In this document: positions 1 through 8,759 of the stretch, in pieces
Layout: every line of letters begins with the position of its first letter
Position numbering within the stretch: the first letter of the stretch is position 1
Source of the DNA: an uncultured Verrucomicrobiae bacterium
GTDB taxonomy: Bacteria; Verrucomicrobiota; Verrucomicrobiia; Chthoniobacterales; JAFAMB01
Length of the DNA: 42,004 nt
Assembly: GCA_963762565.1 (NCBI GenBank)
Contig: CAVXLD010000015.1
Span: 1 to 42,004 of the forward strand
Direction of reading: 5' to 3'
Position numbers and translations under genes: made by a program
Notes under the pieces: generated by a model
The model's database searches: none
What the model was told of the DNA's origin: nothing
What the model saw: the letters and a program-made list of their open reading frames with translations, nothing else

Positions 1-39
1 TTGCTTGCCACAGCCTCGCTAGCGAGGCACGCTCCACCC

Positions 40-873
40 ATGAAAGCCTGGATCGGAGCGTCGTTACTCTTGACGGTCCTGGTTGTGGCTGGGCTAGTAA
101 TCCTGTTACAGCGCCGGTTCTTTTATTATCCGCGAAGATATTCTGCTGATGAGATCGAGAGCGCCGAGAAGCGCGGCGCGACGGTGTTGGGCTACGACAC
201 ATCCCAAGGCCGGCAAACTGCTTTCCTGTACGGGACTCCACCATCGGGAACATTGCTTTCCAGTCTTTGGATGGTTTTCGGCGGAAACGCGATGACTGCC
301 TTAGACTGGATAGACATCCTCGGCGAATGCCAGCTAGACGCCGGCGGATTTCTTCTAGTGGATTATCCGGGATACGGCCTCTGTCCGGGTAATCCAGGTG
401 CTGATTCTATATTAGAGAACGCCATTGGCGCCTATCATGCCCTCATCGCTAGTAAACGCTGGATAATCAGACGGCCAATCCTTGGCGTCCTCGGATGGTC
501 GCTTGGAGCAGCGGCCGGTTTGCAGTTCGCTGACAAATGTCCGGTACAGGATTTGGTGTTGCTCTCGCCTTTCACCACCATGGAAGACATGGTTAAACGA
601 TTTACGGGTGTTCGGCCGGGAATGCTGTTACTGGACCGTTTTGACAACGTGGCGGCACTTAGCCGTATTTATGCGCAAACGCCCACGCCAAGAGTGACGA
701 TCATTCACGGCGAGAAGGATAGCCTGATTCCGATCAGCATGGGACGTTCGCTGGCACAGTCGTTCCCCAGTCAGATTGAATTTCACAGTATACCCGGAGC
801 CAGCCACAACGGTGTTTTCCGGGACGCCCGGGAGCTGATCTACGCGAAGCTGCGAAGCGTAAGTGATCGGTAA
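40..873 (+). CDS. Membrane-anchored alpha/beta hydrolase (ABHD13/Bem46-like)
   Basis: N-terminal TM helix then FFYYP; FGGNA, DYPGYG, GWSLG nucleophile elbow, HGEKD, GASHN. The ORF is open from position 1 (TTG); ATG at 40 preferred. Confidence 0.85.
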   Translation: MKAWIGASLLLTVLVVAGLVILLQRRFFYYPRRYSADEIESAEKRGATVLGYDTSQGRQTAFLYGTPPSGTLLSSLWMVFGGNAMTALDWIDILGECQLDAGGFLLVDYPGYGLCPGNPGADSILENAIGAYHALIASKRWIIRRPILGVLGWSLGAAAGLQFADKCPVQDLVLLSPFTTMEDMVKRFTGVRPGMLLLDRFDNVAALSRIYAQTPTPRVTIIHGEKDSLIPISMGRSLAQSFPSQIEFHSIPGASHNGVFRDARELIYAKLRSVSDR

Positions 874-881
874 CCAGCGAG

Positions 882-1166
882 TGGAGGGGAGCCGCTTTGG
901 AGCGTGTCTCAAGACCGGACGAAACTAGTTATATCGCGGGTGCGGGCAGAACTGTATGCCAAGCAGGCGGCTCCCGGGAATTACCAACGGTTAGCAACTC
1001 TGTCGGCCGCGCGGGAATGGATGAGTTTGCGGACAGAAACGCTGGGGTAAAAGCATCGCCAGGGGTTGTTCCCGGGAGCCGCCTGTTCTCGACACGTCCA
1101 GGTTATGCCTGCGCAATTCGAAAATATGCGAGGTCTCCATACGCGCCCCAAAGCGGCTCCCCTCCA
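882..1166. repeat. Four-motif nested palindromic element, copy 1
   Basis: TGGAGGGGAGCCGCTTTGG ... AAGCAGGCGGCTCCCG ... CGGGAGCCGCCTGTT ... CCAAAGCGGCTCCCCTCCA; perfect 19-bp terminal IR. Confidence 0.9.
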
Positions 1167-1175
1167 ATTGTCTCT

Positions 1176-2435
1176 TTAAACTTTCACCCGTTCGATATGC
1201 GCGCCGAGGCTACCAAGTTTTTCATCGATCAATTCGTAGCCACGATCGATATGGTAGACGCGGTTGATTTCGGTCTGACCTTCCGCTTGTAAGCCGGCAA
1301 GCACTAACGCAGCCGAAGCTCTTAGATCGCTAGCCATGACCGGGGCGCCGCTGAGGCCGGTCACACCTCGAATCTTTGCCGTTGCCCCGTCCAGCTCGAT
1401 AGTTGCTCCCATGCGCTTCAACTCGGACACATGCATGAACCGCTGCGGAAAGATATTTTCCGTGATCAGGCTCTCACCCTTCGCCGTAGCCAGCAAAGCG
1501 CACATCTGGGCCTGCATGTCGGTAGGGAACCCGGGATAAGGATCTGTCCGTAAGTCTAACGAACTCACGGCGCCATTAGGCCGGATGGTGATCGAGCCGT
1601 TTGACCGGCTGAGATTGAAGCCGGATGCCTCCAATGCATTCGCCACCGAGACTAAATGCTCATATCTCGCTCGCGTAATCGTCACTTCGCGTCCAGCGAT
1701 CGCTCCGGCAACCAAAAACGTCCCGGCCTCGATGCGATCAGGAATCACCTCATGTTCCGCCCCGTGTAATTCCTTAACTCCCTCAACGACGATCCGCTCA
1801 GTGCCAGCGCCCTCAATTCGAGCGCCCATCTTGTTTAAGAAGTTCGCCAGATCGACAACCTCGGGCTCGCATGCTGCGTCCTCGATCACGGTTGTTCCTT
1901 CAGCCAGAACACTCGCCATCAAGACGTTGTCCGTTCCTAAAACGGTGCTGCCGAATTTCCCTTTTAACGAAATCTTTGCTCCGATTAACTCGGGCGCGAA
2001 AACCTTGACGTTGCCGGCATGGACGCGAACGGCCGCGCCCAGCGCCTCGAACCCGCGAAGATGCAGATCGATCGGCCGGTCCCCAATGACGCATCCTCCG
2101 GGCAAAGAAACCGTCGCTTCTTTTTCCCTCCCAAGCAGGGGCCCCAGAACACAAACTGACGCCCGCATTTTCCGCACAACGTCATAGGGCGCGATCGTCT
2201 CGACTTTCTCCGCTTTGACCGTAACGACTCCGCTCGCTCTTTCCACCTCGGCGCCCAGGTGGTTCAGGATCTGCAACATATAATGCACATCGCTGAGGTC
2301 CGGGACCCGATGGATGACGCACGGCTCCTTGGTCAGCAAGGTCGCAGCGAGAATAGGCAACGCCGAGTTTTTAGAGCCGCTGATCTTAACGGCGCCCGCC
2401 AGAGTATGGCCGCCGTGTACAATAATCTTATCCAT
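1176..2435 (-). CDS. murA: UDP-N-acetylglucosamine 1-carboxyvinyltransferase
   Basis: SGSKNSALP, RKMRAS, LPGGCVIGDRPIDLH (catalytic Cys), PYPGFPTDMQAQ, DLRASA, HIDRGY. Confidence 0.98.
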   Translation of the reverse strand: MDKIIVHGGHTLAGAVKISGSKNSALPILAATLLTKEPCVIHRVPDLSDVHYMLQILNHLGAEVERASGVVTVKAEKVETIAPYDVVRKMRASVCVLGPLLGREKEATVSLPGGCVIGDRPIDLHLRGFEALGAAVRVHAGNVKVFAPELIGAKISLKGKFGSTVLGTDNVLMASVLAEGTTVIEDAACEPEVVDLANFLNKMGARIEGAGTERIVVEGVKELHGAEHEVIPDRIEAGTFLVAGAIAGREVTITRARYEHLVSVANALEASGFNLSRSNGSITIRPNGAVSSLDLRTDPYPGFPTDMQAQMCALLATAKGESLITENIFPQRFMHVSELKRMGATIELDGATAKIRGVTGLSGAPVMASDLRASAALVLAGLQAEGQTEINRVYHIDRGYELIDEKLGSLGAHIERVKV

Positions 2436-3273
2436 ACCTTGCGCTCACAAAGCGTTCCACTCCTTGGTAATCCTTCTCAACAGAAATGTCGCGATATTTT
2501 TGCTGCTGCAGAATGTCAGCAACGCCAGAGGCTTGTGAAATGCCGATCTCGAGCAAAACGCCGGCTCCCGGCTTCAGATGAGACGGTGCTTCTTCGATAA
2601 AACGGCGGATGACGTCTAATCCATCCTCCCCTCCATCCAAAGCCATCGGAGGATCATGCCGCACTTCGCGCGGCAGCGTAGCCATTTCCGCGGTCGGAAT
2701 GTACGGAAGGTTCGCCACTAAAAAGTCGAAATCAGTGTCTACTCCCGATAGAAGGTCTGTTTGCAACCATTTGATACGGCCGTCGATTCCGTGTGCGAGT
2801 CCGTTCTCACGAGCCAGAGCTAAAGTATCGGCAGAGATATCTGTCGCCACGACTTCCAGCCCCGGCCTTTCCAGTGCCAGCGTAATCGCCAGAACCCCCG
2901 AACCGGTCCCAATGTCGGCCAATCGGGCATCCGAGGAGGTATCAAGCGGTATCTGTTTCAACATCAACTCCGCCAACCGTTCCGTTTCTGGTCTCGGAAT
3001 CAGCGCGCGCCGATCGGTTTTAAAGCGGCGGCCATAGAACTCCCAGGAGCCAAGCAAATGTTGCAGCGGTTCGCCTTCCGATCGCCGCCGAACCTTGTCT
3101 CTTAACGGTTCCAGAATTTGTTCCGGCAACCGCTGGTCGTAATCCAAGTAAAGATCAAGACGTCGTTTACCTAGCGCTTCGGCCAAAAGATATTCGATAC
3201 TAAGCCGAGGCGACTCGACCCCCTTGCGCTGCAAAAACGCGGTCGTGTTTTGGATCAGTTCTAGGACAGTCAC
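2428..3273 (-). CDS. prmC: Release factor glutamine methyltransferase
   Basis: LIPRPETE, DIGTGSG, NLPY (NPPY-like), ALDGGEDGL; downstream of prfA. Confidence 0.96.
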   Translation of the reverse strand: MTVLELIQNTTAFLQRKGVESPRLSIEYLLAEALGKRRLDLYLDYDQRLPEQILEPLRDKVRRRSEGEPLQHLLGSWEFYGRRFKTDRRALIPRPETERLAELMLKQIPLDTSSDARLADIGTGSGVLAITLALERPGLEVVATDISADTLALARENGLAHGIDGRIKWLQTDLLSGVDTDFDFLVANLPYIPTAEMATLPREVRHDPPMALDGGEDGLDVIRRFIEEAPSHLKPGAGVLLEIGISQASGVADILQQQKYRDISVEKDYQGVERFVSARYG

Positions 3274-3280
3274 TATCGTT

Positions 3281-3510
3281 GGTGAGAAGTGAGAGGTGAG
3301 AAGTGATTTGGTGCGAGGTAGGAGCGAGTCGGCGATGCAGCGATGAATGAAAGGGGCAAACGCTGGGTGTAGCTACGGATGGGACTTATAGGACATATGG
3401 GACCTATGGGTTGTCCGTCTCATAAGTCCAATAAGTCGTCTATCTCTAATTCGCGTTCCCTCGCCCGACGCGCCTCTCACCTCTCACCTCTCACCAATTT
3501 CACTTCTCAC
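3281..3510. repeat. Inverted heptamer-unit (GTGAGA[A/G]) arms with a nested 9-mer-unit pair, filling the prfA-prmC gap
   Basis: GGTGAGAAGTGAGAGGTGAGAAGTGA (3281-3306) vs CTCTCACCTCTCACCTCTCAC...TCACTTCTCAC (3474-3510); inner ATGGGACTT-ATAGGACAT-ATGGGACCT (3379-3405) vs CATAAGTCCAATAAGTC (3421-3437). Confidence 0.85.
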
Positions 3511-3514
3511 GGCT

Positions 3515-4606
3515 TTAGCCGGCGGTAGCCGGCTCAAGCCCCGCCTCTTTGAGGCGTTGCTCCATATCACTGGCCTGAAGGGCAGTGACCATGTCGTCGA
3601 GTTGGCCCTCCATGAAGAGGTCCAGATTAAATAAGGTTAGTCCGATGCGATGATCAGTGACGCGGTTCTGCGGGAAATTGTAAGTCCGAATCTTTTCCTC
3701 GCGCCCGCCCGACCCGATCAGACTCTTGCGGTGCGCCGAATATTTCTCGGCCTCTTCTTGCTGTCTCTCTTCAAGGAGACGGGCCCTCAGAATCGCGATG
3801 GCTTTTTCCTTATTCTTTTGCTGGCTACGGCCGTCCTGGCACCGGACAATCTTACCGGTCGGGATATGTAATACTTGAACCGCCGAGTCAGTCGTATTTA
3901 CGCCCTGCCCGCCGGGGCCGCCTGCGCGGCAAACTTCAATTCGCAGGTCCTCTGGACGCAACTCCAAGTCGATTTCTTCCGCCTCGGGCAACACGGCGAC
4001 GGTCGCTGTGGAAGTATGAATTCTCCCCTGCGCCTCAGTGACTGGAACCCGCTGAACCCGGTGCACACCACTCTCGTATCTGAGGGTGCGAAAAACATGT
4101 TCTCCGGAAACTTTGAAAATGACTTCCTTAAGACCGCCCAATTCCGAAGGACTGCTTTCCAGCTCCTCGACCTTGAGTCCATGAGATTCAGCGTACCGCG
4201 AATACATTCGATAAAGATCGGCCGCGAACAGGGCCGCTTCGCTGCCTCCCGTCCCGCCGCGGACCTCAACGATGGCATCCCGGTCCTCATGCGGCTCAGG
4301 TGGAAGCAGGGCGACTTGTACTTCTTTCGACCGCTTTTCGATGTCCGCTTCCAAGCCGGGCATCTCGGAGGCAGCCAACTCAGCCATTTCGGCGTCGTCC
4401 CCTGCTGCCAAAACCCGATTCTCTTCGAGCTCGCGTTGCTTCTTTTCCAAGACATCCCATGACTCCAGCACTCGCTTCACATTCGAGTGCTCGCGCATAA
4501 TCTCTTTTGCCCGTTTCGGGTTTTCAAAAAGAGACGAGGAGCCGACCAGAGCGTCTAATTCCTCCAAGCGCCGGCGTTTTTGCTCAATCAACGGACGAAA
4601 ATCCAT
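3515..4606 (-). CDS. prfA: Peptide chain release factor 1
   Basis: GVHRVQRVPVT (PxT, RF1-specific), GPGGQGVN, RTYNFPQNRVTDHR. Confidence 0.98.
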   Translation of the reverse strand: MDFRPLIEQKRRRLEELDALVGSSSLFENPKRAKEIMREHSNVKRVLESWDVLEKKQRELEENRVLAAGDDAEMAELAASEMPGLEADIEKRSKEVQVALLPPEPHEDRDAIVEVRGGTGGSEAALFAADLYRMYSRYAESHGLKVEELESSPSELGGLKEVIFKVSGEHVFRTLRYESGVHRVQRVPVTEAQGRIHTSTATVAVLPEAEEIDLELRPEDLRIEVCRAGGPGGQGVNTTDSAVQVLHIPTGKIVRCQDGRSQQKNKEKAIAILRARLLEERQQEEAEKYSAHRKSLIGSGGREEKIRTYNFPQNRVTDHRIGLTLFNLDLFMEGQLDDMVTALQASDMEQRLKEAGLEPATAG

Positions 4607-4711
4607 AGCCGGAATCGATAAAAAATGCCTAGGGTTATAGCCCCAAGAATCGGCATGCCCAGCGTTCGGGTCACAAACGTGCCGGCATTTTTTGCCGATT
4701 CCGGCTAGTGG

Positions 4712-4936
4712 CTATTTCTTTTTCTCCTTGGAAAGCATTGTCTTGCCGTAACGGCGAGCGAATTTCTCGACTCGCCCTGCGGTATCGACAAATTTTTGTT
4801 CACCCGTGAAAAAGGGGTGGCAAGCTGCGCAAATTCCGATTTTGATATCCCGGCGAGTCGATCTTGTGCGATACGTCGCGCCACATGCACAAACGATCGT
4901 AGTCTCGGTGTAGTTGGGATGAATGTCTGCCTTCAT
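4712..4936 (-). CDS. rpmE: 50S ribosomal protein L31 (zinc-binding type)
   Basis: MKADIHPNY...CACG...CAACHPFFTG...DTAGRVEKF; ATG at 4936. Confidence 0.97.
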   Translation of the reverse strand: MKADIHPNYTETTIVCACGATYRTRSTRRDIKIGICAACHPFFTGEQKFVDTAGRVEKFARRYGKTMLSKEKKK

Positions 4937-4978
4937 GTCGAAAGATGGAGAAAGTAACACAGCCGGTAACTGACGCAA

Positions 4979-6355
4979 GTGCAACCACACCTATTCGAAG
5001 TAACCTGGACTAAAGTTCTTCAACGCTACGGCCAGCAAGGGGCTATCTACGGCAATGATCGGGAGGTGCTGCGAACATTCGCTGATATCGAATCCGAGCG
5101 AATCTCCTGGCGACACAAGCTCTCCTCTTTCGCTAAAGGCTCGACCGTCCTGGTTCAGCTAACCGAGGACGCCGGCTGGCCCGCGATTTTTCTCGCCACG
5201 CTGGATTTGTCACTCGTCATGGTTCCCCTAGAAACCGAGGTCGCCGGTCAACAGCTTGATAATGTGGTTAAGGTCACCCGCCCGCATGCTGCCATTCGTT
5301 CAAATGAGCTTTCGCGCCTTCATTCAGACGCCCCTGACTGGACCAAGCCGCAGCCGGATCTGTTGAAGATAACCTCTGGAACCACCGGACTCCCTCGAGC
5401 GGTCCGGTTTAGCGAGTCTCAACTCTTCAGCGACTGCCGAAACATCTGCAGCTCGATGGGACTTCTTCCAGAGGACGTCAATTTTGGAGCCATCCCTTTT
5501 GCTCATTCCTACGGCTTCAGCAACCTGGTGACTCCAATCTTATATCAAGGAACTCGATTTGTTTGCTCGCGCGATCGGCTTCCCCGGGCAATCCACCGGC
5601 ATATCGAGAACTCAACCGCCACCGTGCTCCCGGCGACGCCAGCCATTTTTCAGGCGTTGTGTTCGCTCAGTGATTGCGACCGCCTCGGCTCCATCCGCGT
5701 CTGCATTTCTGCCGGCGCACCTCTTCCGGCCGAAACCGTCCAACAATTCTTTCGCCGGTACGGCCTGCACATCCATAGCTTCTACGGATCCTCCGAGTGT
5801 GGTGGAATCATGTTCGACCGGGAAGGTCGGCTGGATGCGCCTTCTGGCTTTGTAGGAACTCCGTTAGACGGCGTTCAGATCACCCGCCTCCCAAACGACA
5901 GGATCGAGATTGGCGGTACGAACGTTGGAGACGGTTATTTCCCGGATCAAGACCCGGAAACACTGCAGACGGGCCGGTTCATTCCTGGCGACCTGGTCCG
6001 GTGGCTGGGCGAGTCGGCCCAGCTTTACGGACGCGCGTCCGATTTCATCAATATCGCCGGCAAAAAGATTCATCCATCCCTGGTGGAAGAACATATTCGA
6101 AAGATCCCTGGAGTAATTGATGTGATTGCCTTCGGAGTACCTTCCCCGAACAGGAACGAAGACCTGGTAGCGTTAGTGATGTCTAACCCACCGATCGCCA
6201 GACAAACGCTGGAAGCTCATTGCCGCGCGGGTTTGGCCGATTGGCAGGTGCCCCGCGACTTCCAGATCGTTACTGAACTGCCGGTGAATGCCCGCGGAAA
6301 GATAAAGCGGTCGGAACTGGCGGCTGAGTATTTGGCGACGAGGGCGAGAAGCTAG
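4979..6355 (+). CDS. AMP-dependent acyl-CoA synthetase/ligase (ANL family)
   Basis: TSGTTGLPR, HSYG, SAGAPL, YGSSE, GD, LPVNARGKI motifs. Confidence 0.92.
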   Translation: MQPHLFEVTWTKVLQRYGQQGAIYGNDREVLRTFADIESERISWRHKLSSFAKGSTVLVQLTEDAGWPAIFLATLDLSLVMVPLETEVAGQQLDNVVKVTRPHAAIRSNELSRLHSDAPDWTKPQPDLLKITSGTTGLPRAVRFSESQLFSDCRNICSSMGLLPEDVNFGAIPFAHSYGFSNLVTPILYQGTRFVCSRDRLPRAIHRHIENSTATVLPATPAIFQALCSLSDCDRLGSIRVCISAGAPLPAETVQQFFRRYGLHIHSFYGSSECGGIMFDREGRLDAPSGFVGTPLDGVQITRLPNDRIEIGGTNVGDGYFPDQDPETLQTGRFIPGDLVRWLGESAQLYGRASDFINIAGKKIHPSLVEEHIRKIPGVIDVIAFGVPSPNRNEDLVALVMSNPPIARQTLEAHCRAGLADWQVPRDFQIVTELPVNARGKIKRSELAAEYLATRARS

Positions 6356-6395
6356 CAGCTAGGAGGGTTTGGATAGAAGTTTTGGACCCAGCGCG

Positions 6396-6674
6396 CCTGG
6401 AGGGGAGCCGCTTTGTCGCGTACCTGACGACTTCTCGATACCCGTTATATCGCTGGGCCGACCTGAAAACGTGAAAGCAGGCGGCTCCCGCGAATTACCC
6501 AGCGCAATGTTTCACTAACCGCTCCCTTGATTCGGTTTCCGCGCGACCGGTAGAACTGCAAAGCGCTGGACCATTCGCGGGAGCCGCCTGTTAAGCACAC
6601 TGCTCAACCGTGCCCCAGGACAGAGAAAATTTGCCGCGACTTTTAGGCACGCGACAAAGCGGCTACCCTCCAGG
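6396..6674. repeat. Four-motif nested palindromic element, copy 2
   Basis: 30-bp terminal IR with 2 mismatches (CCTGGAGGGGAGCCGCTTTGTCGCGTACCT / AGGCACGCGACAAAGCGGCTACCCTCCAGG); inner GCGGCTCCC at 6481 and GGGAGCCGC at 6579. Confidence 0.9.
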
Positions 6675-6681
6675 GCTTCGC

Positions 6682-7176
6682 CTATTTCTCGATCAGCTTG
6701 AAATCGCTGAAATAGAACGTGGCTTGATCGACCGAAAGACTGCTAATCGTGACTCGGGCCGCGGGCGCCTTTTCTTGCACGTCAAATTCAACGGTACAAT
6801 CAACCGGTTGTTCCGGGATTTGGAGGAATGTACCTCTGGTAATGGAAGCCTGGTTTCCGTCGGTCTTTTCTAATGTGAAATAGACGTACTCGCTCTGCGA
6901 GCTTCTGGCGCGAAACAATAGGTCGTACTTTTTACCCTGCTCGAAGCTGAATCCCGGGGCCCGTAATTCTACACTCCAGAATTCCGGGCCAGGCTTGGAG
7001 ACGGTGACCATTAACTCTTTGCTCCCGGGCTGGGTCTCATCCTCGACAATGGCAGAGCGCGCTTCCGCTCCTTTATCGACTTGCAGCTGAAATCGGCTGG
7101 GATCAATGGGGATCTCCGCGCCGGGTACACGTGAAACCACAACCAAAAAAAAGATGAAACCAAACCAGTTCTTCAT
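6682..7176 (-). CDS. Secreted carbohydrate-binding-domain protein (CBM4/9-like, galactose-binding fold)
   Basis: Signal peptide MKNWFGFIFFLVVVSRVPGA; WSVEL...FEQGKKYDLLFRARS resembles CBM_4_9. Confidence 0.6.
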   Translation of the reverse strand: MKNWFGFIFFLVVVSRVPGAEIPIDPSRFQLQVDKGAEARSAIVEDETQPGSKELMVTVSKPGPEFWSVELRAPGFSFEQGKKYDLLFRARSSQSEYVYFTLEKTDGNQASITRGTFLQIPEQPVDCTVEFDVQEKAPAARVTISSLSVDQATFYFSDFKLIEK

Positions 7177-7197
7177 CGCACGCTGGCTCACCGTCTA

Positions 7198-7268
7198 AAA
7201 TAGCAAATAGCAGATAGCAAATGGCAAATGAGCAGGAGCTAGGAGCTAGATTCTAGCTCTTAGCTCCT
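7198..7268. repeat. Heptamer tandem tracts: (TAGCAAA)-like run plus a GGAGCTA/TAGCTCC hairpin
   Basis: AAATAGCAAATAGCAGATAGCAAATGGCAAAT, then AGGAGCTAGGAGCTAGA-T-TCTAGCTCTTAGCTCCT overlapping the methyltransferase stop. Confidence 0.75.
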
Positions 7269-7972
7269 TTTTCCATCCACAGCGCCTGATGACTCACCAA
7301 AAACCGGCGATGCCCGAAACCCTCCCAGCCTGCCTCGACCGCTAACTCCTTCATTTCCGGAAACGAAAATGCGCGCCGAATTGAAAGCCGCGCATCGAAT
7401 TTGGTCATCGGATCGCGGAAGATGGTGGAGGTCAACAGGTAAATACCCAATAGACCGGCAGCCGATCGAACCAGATCCGAGATCAAAACTGCGCGCTCGC
7501 CAACCCGGGTGAGCCTTTGCAGGATCTCTACCGCTTCTCGCCAGGCAAAATGATGCAGGGCCAGTGAACACAACACGATATCGAACCGATCCCCTGGCTT
7601 GAACGAACGAATGTCTGCCTGCTGGTACGAGATTTCCGGAAATAGAACGGATCGCCGCTGAGCGATCTCCAGTGTGGCTGGTTGCATATCTATCGCCAGC
7701 ACCTTGACTTCGGAGCCCCGTTTTCGAGCCCACTCAACGACCAAACGGGGGATGTCACCGAATCCGGTGCATGCATCTAAAATCGTTACTGTCTCGCCCG
7801 GCTTAAGCCAGCGGTTAAGAAAATGGCGGATAATCCGATAGCTCCCGAAATGCCGGTTTAACTCCTCTAGATTTAGTAAAGCTCGGACTAAGTCCGGCTT
7901 GGATGGATCCGGCCGATCCATCAACTCCCTAAGGTCCGGATCAAATTTCCGGCTGGTGCGCAGAAGGTTCAA
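7253..7972 (-). CDS. Class I SAM-dependent methyltransferase
   Basis: ELMD N-terminus, ILDACTGFGD motif I, FDIVLCSLALHHF, DARLSIRRAF. Confidence 0.88.
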   Translation of the reverse strand: MNLLRTSRKFDPDLRELMDRPDPSKPDLVRALLNLEELNRHFGSYRIIRHFLNRWLKPGETVTILDACTGFGDIPRLVVEWARKRGSEVKVLAIDMQPATLEIAQRRSVLFPEISYQQADIRSFKPGDRFDIVLCSLALHHFAWREAVEILQRLTRVGERAVLISDLVRSAAGLLGIYLLTSTIFRDPMTKFDARLSIRRAFSFPEMKELAVEAGWEGFGHRRFLVSHQALWMEKGAKS

Positions 7973-8759
7973 GGCCGCGGTCTCCTTCCGTCAGCGTCAG
8001 AAAGGCCAGCATCCTGCCAGTCAACCCTTTTTCTACTCTGTACGAATAAAACCGTTCAAGATCGGCCCCAGTGTTTTCTCCGCAATCATAGATCCGCCGG
8101 ACACCTCCCACCTGGAGCTGCGTAACGATTTGAGCGGCAAAATCCACCTCGTAAAACGGTGGTCGAATACAAGGGCTGAGCTGAACTACCAAATCCTCAG
8201 GGGTCGATCCAAATCTCGTTACGATCCGATCGAGTGTCGCTCCCGCGATATTTTGCTCAGTCCCTTTTCGGCCGGAATGAGCGAGACCAATGACGGCTCT
8301 CACCGGATCGACAAAATAGATCGCGCAACAATCCGCCACATAGATGCCCAATACCACGCCTGGATCATTCGTGATCAAAGCGTCTACCCCCGGAGTTTTC
8401 TCGGGTGACCCACGATCCACTACGGCGACCTCATTCCCGTGGATCTGCTGGCCAACCTTAAGATCCCGGGATCCGAGGCGTTGGAGAACAGTTTGATGGT
8501 AGCCGGATATTCGTTCCAGCGCGGTAGCCCGGTCAGCTCTGACATCCATCCCGGGCACACGCAGAGTGAACCCATGCTGGATAATCGCTAAATCGTCGAG
8601 TGCCGGAAACTTTTGTACCGGAACGTCCGTCGGCCTCGCCACCTCGTCGCGCCGCAGGACTTCGACGCGCTCGGTCGAGTCGCTTGGCGAAGGCGGAACC
8701 TGTCGCGCCGTAGCTTGCGAAGGCGCAAGCGGGGCGCGCTCCACGGTCTCATCAGTCAT
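7941..8759 (-). CDS. pgeF: PgeF/YfiH family (peptidoglycan editing factor / purine nucleoside phosphorylase)
   Basis: QIHG, DALIT, VADC, HSGRKG, FYSYR, GRM motifs; the start may be further downstream. Confidence 0.85.
   Translation of the reverse strand: MTDETVERAPLAPSQATARQVPPSPSDSTERVEVLRRDEVARPTDVPVQKFPALDDLAIIQHGFTLRVPGMDVRADRATALERISGYHQTVLQRLGSRDLKVGQQIHGNEVAVVDRGSPEKTPGVDALITNDPGVVLGIYVADCCAIYFVDPVRAVIGLAHSGRKGTEQNIAGATLDRIVTRFGSTPEDLVVQLSPCIRPPFYEVDFAAQIVTQLQVGGVRRIYDCGENTGADLERFYSYRVEKGLTGRMLAFLTLTEGDRGLEPSAHQPEI

Noticed and set aside
882..1166. Regularly spaced GGGAGCCGC cores as a mini CRISPR array
   Set aside because: The cores alternate in orientation, are only 9-19 bp, have spacers of about 70-100 bp, and there are no cas genes.
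897..1292. 131-aa ORF and similar short ORFs over repeats or antisense to known genes
   Set aside because: Shadow frames with no recognisable motifs.
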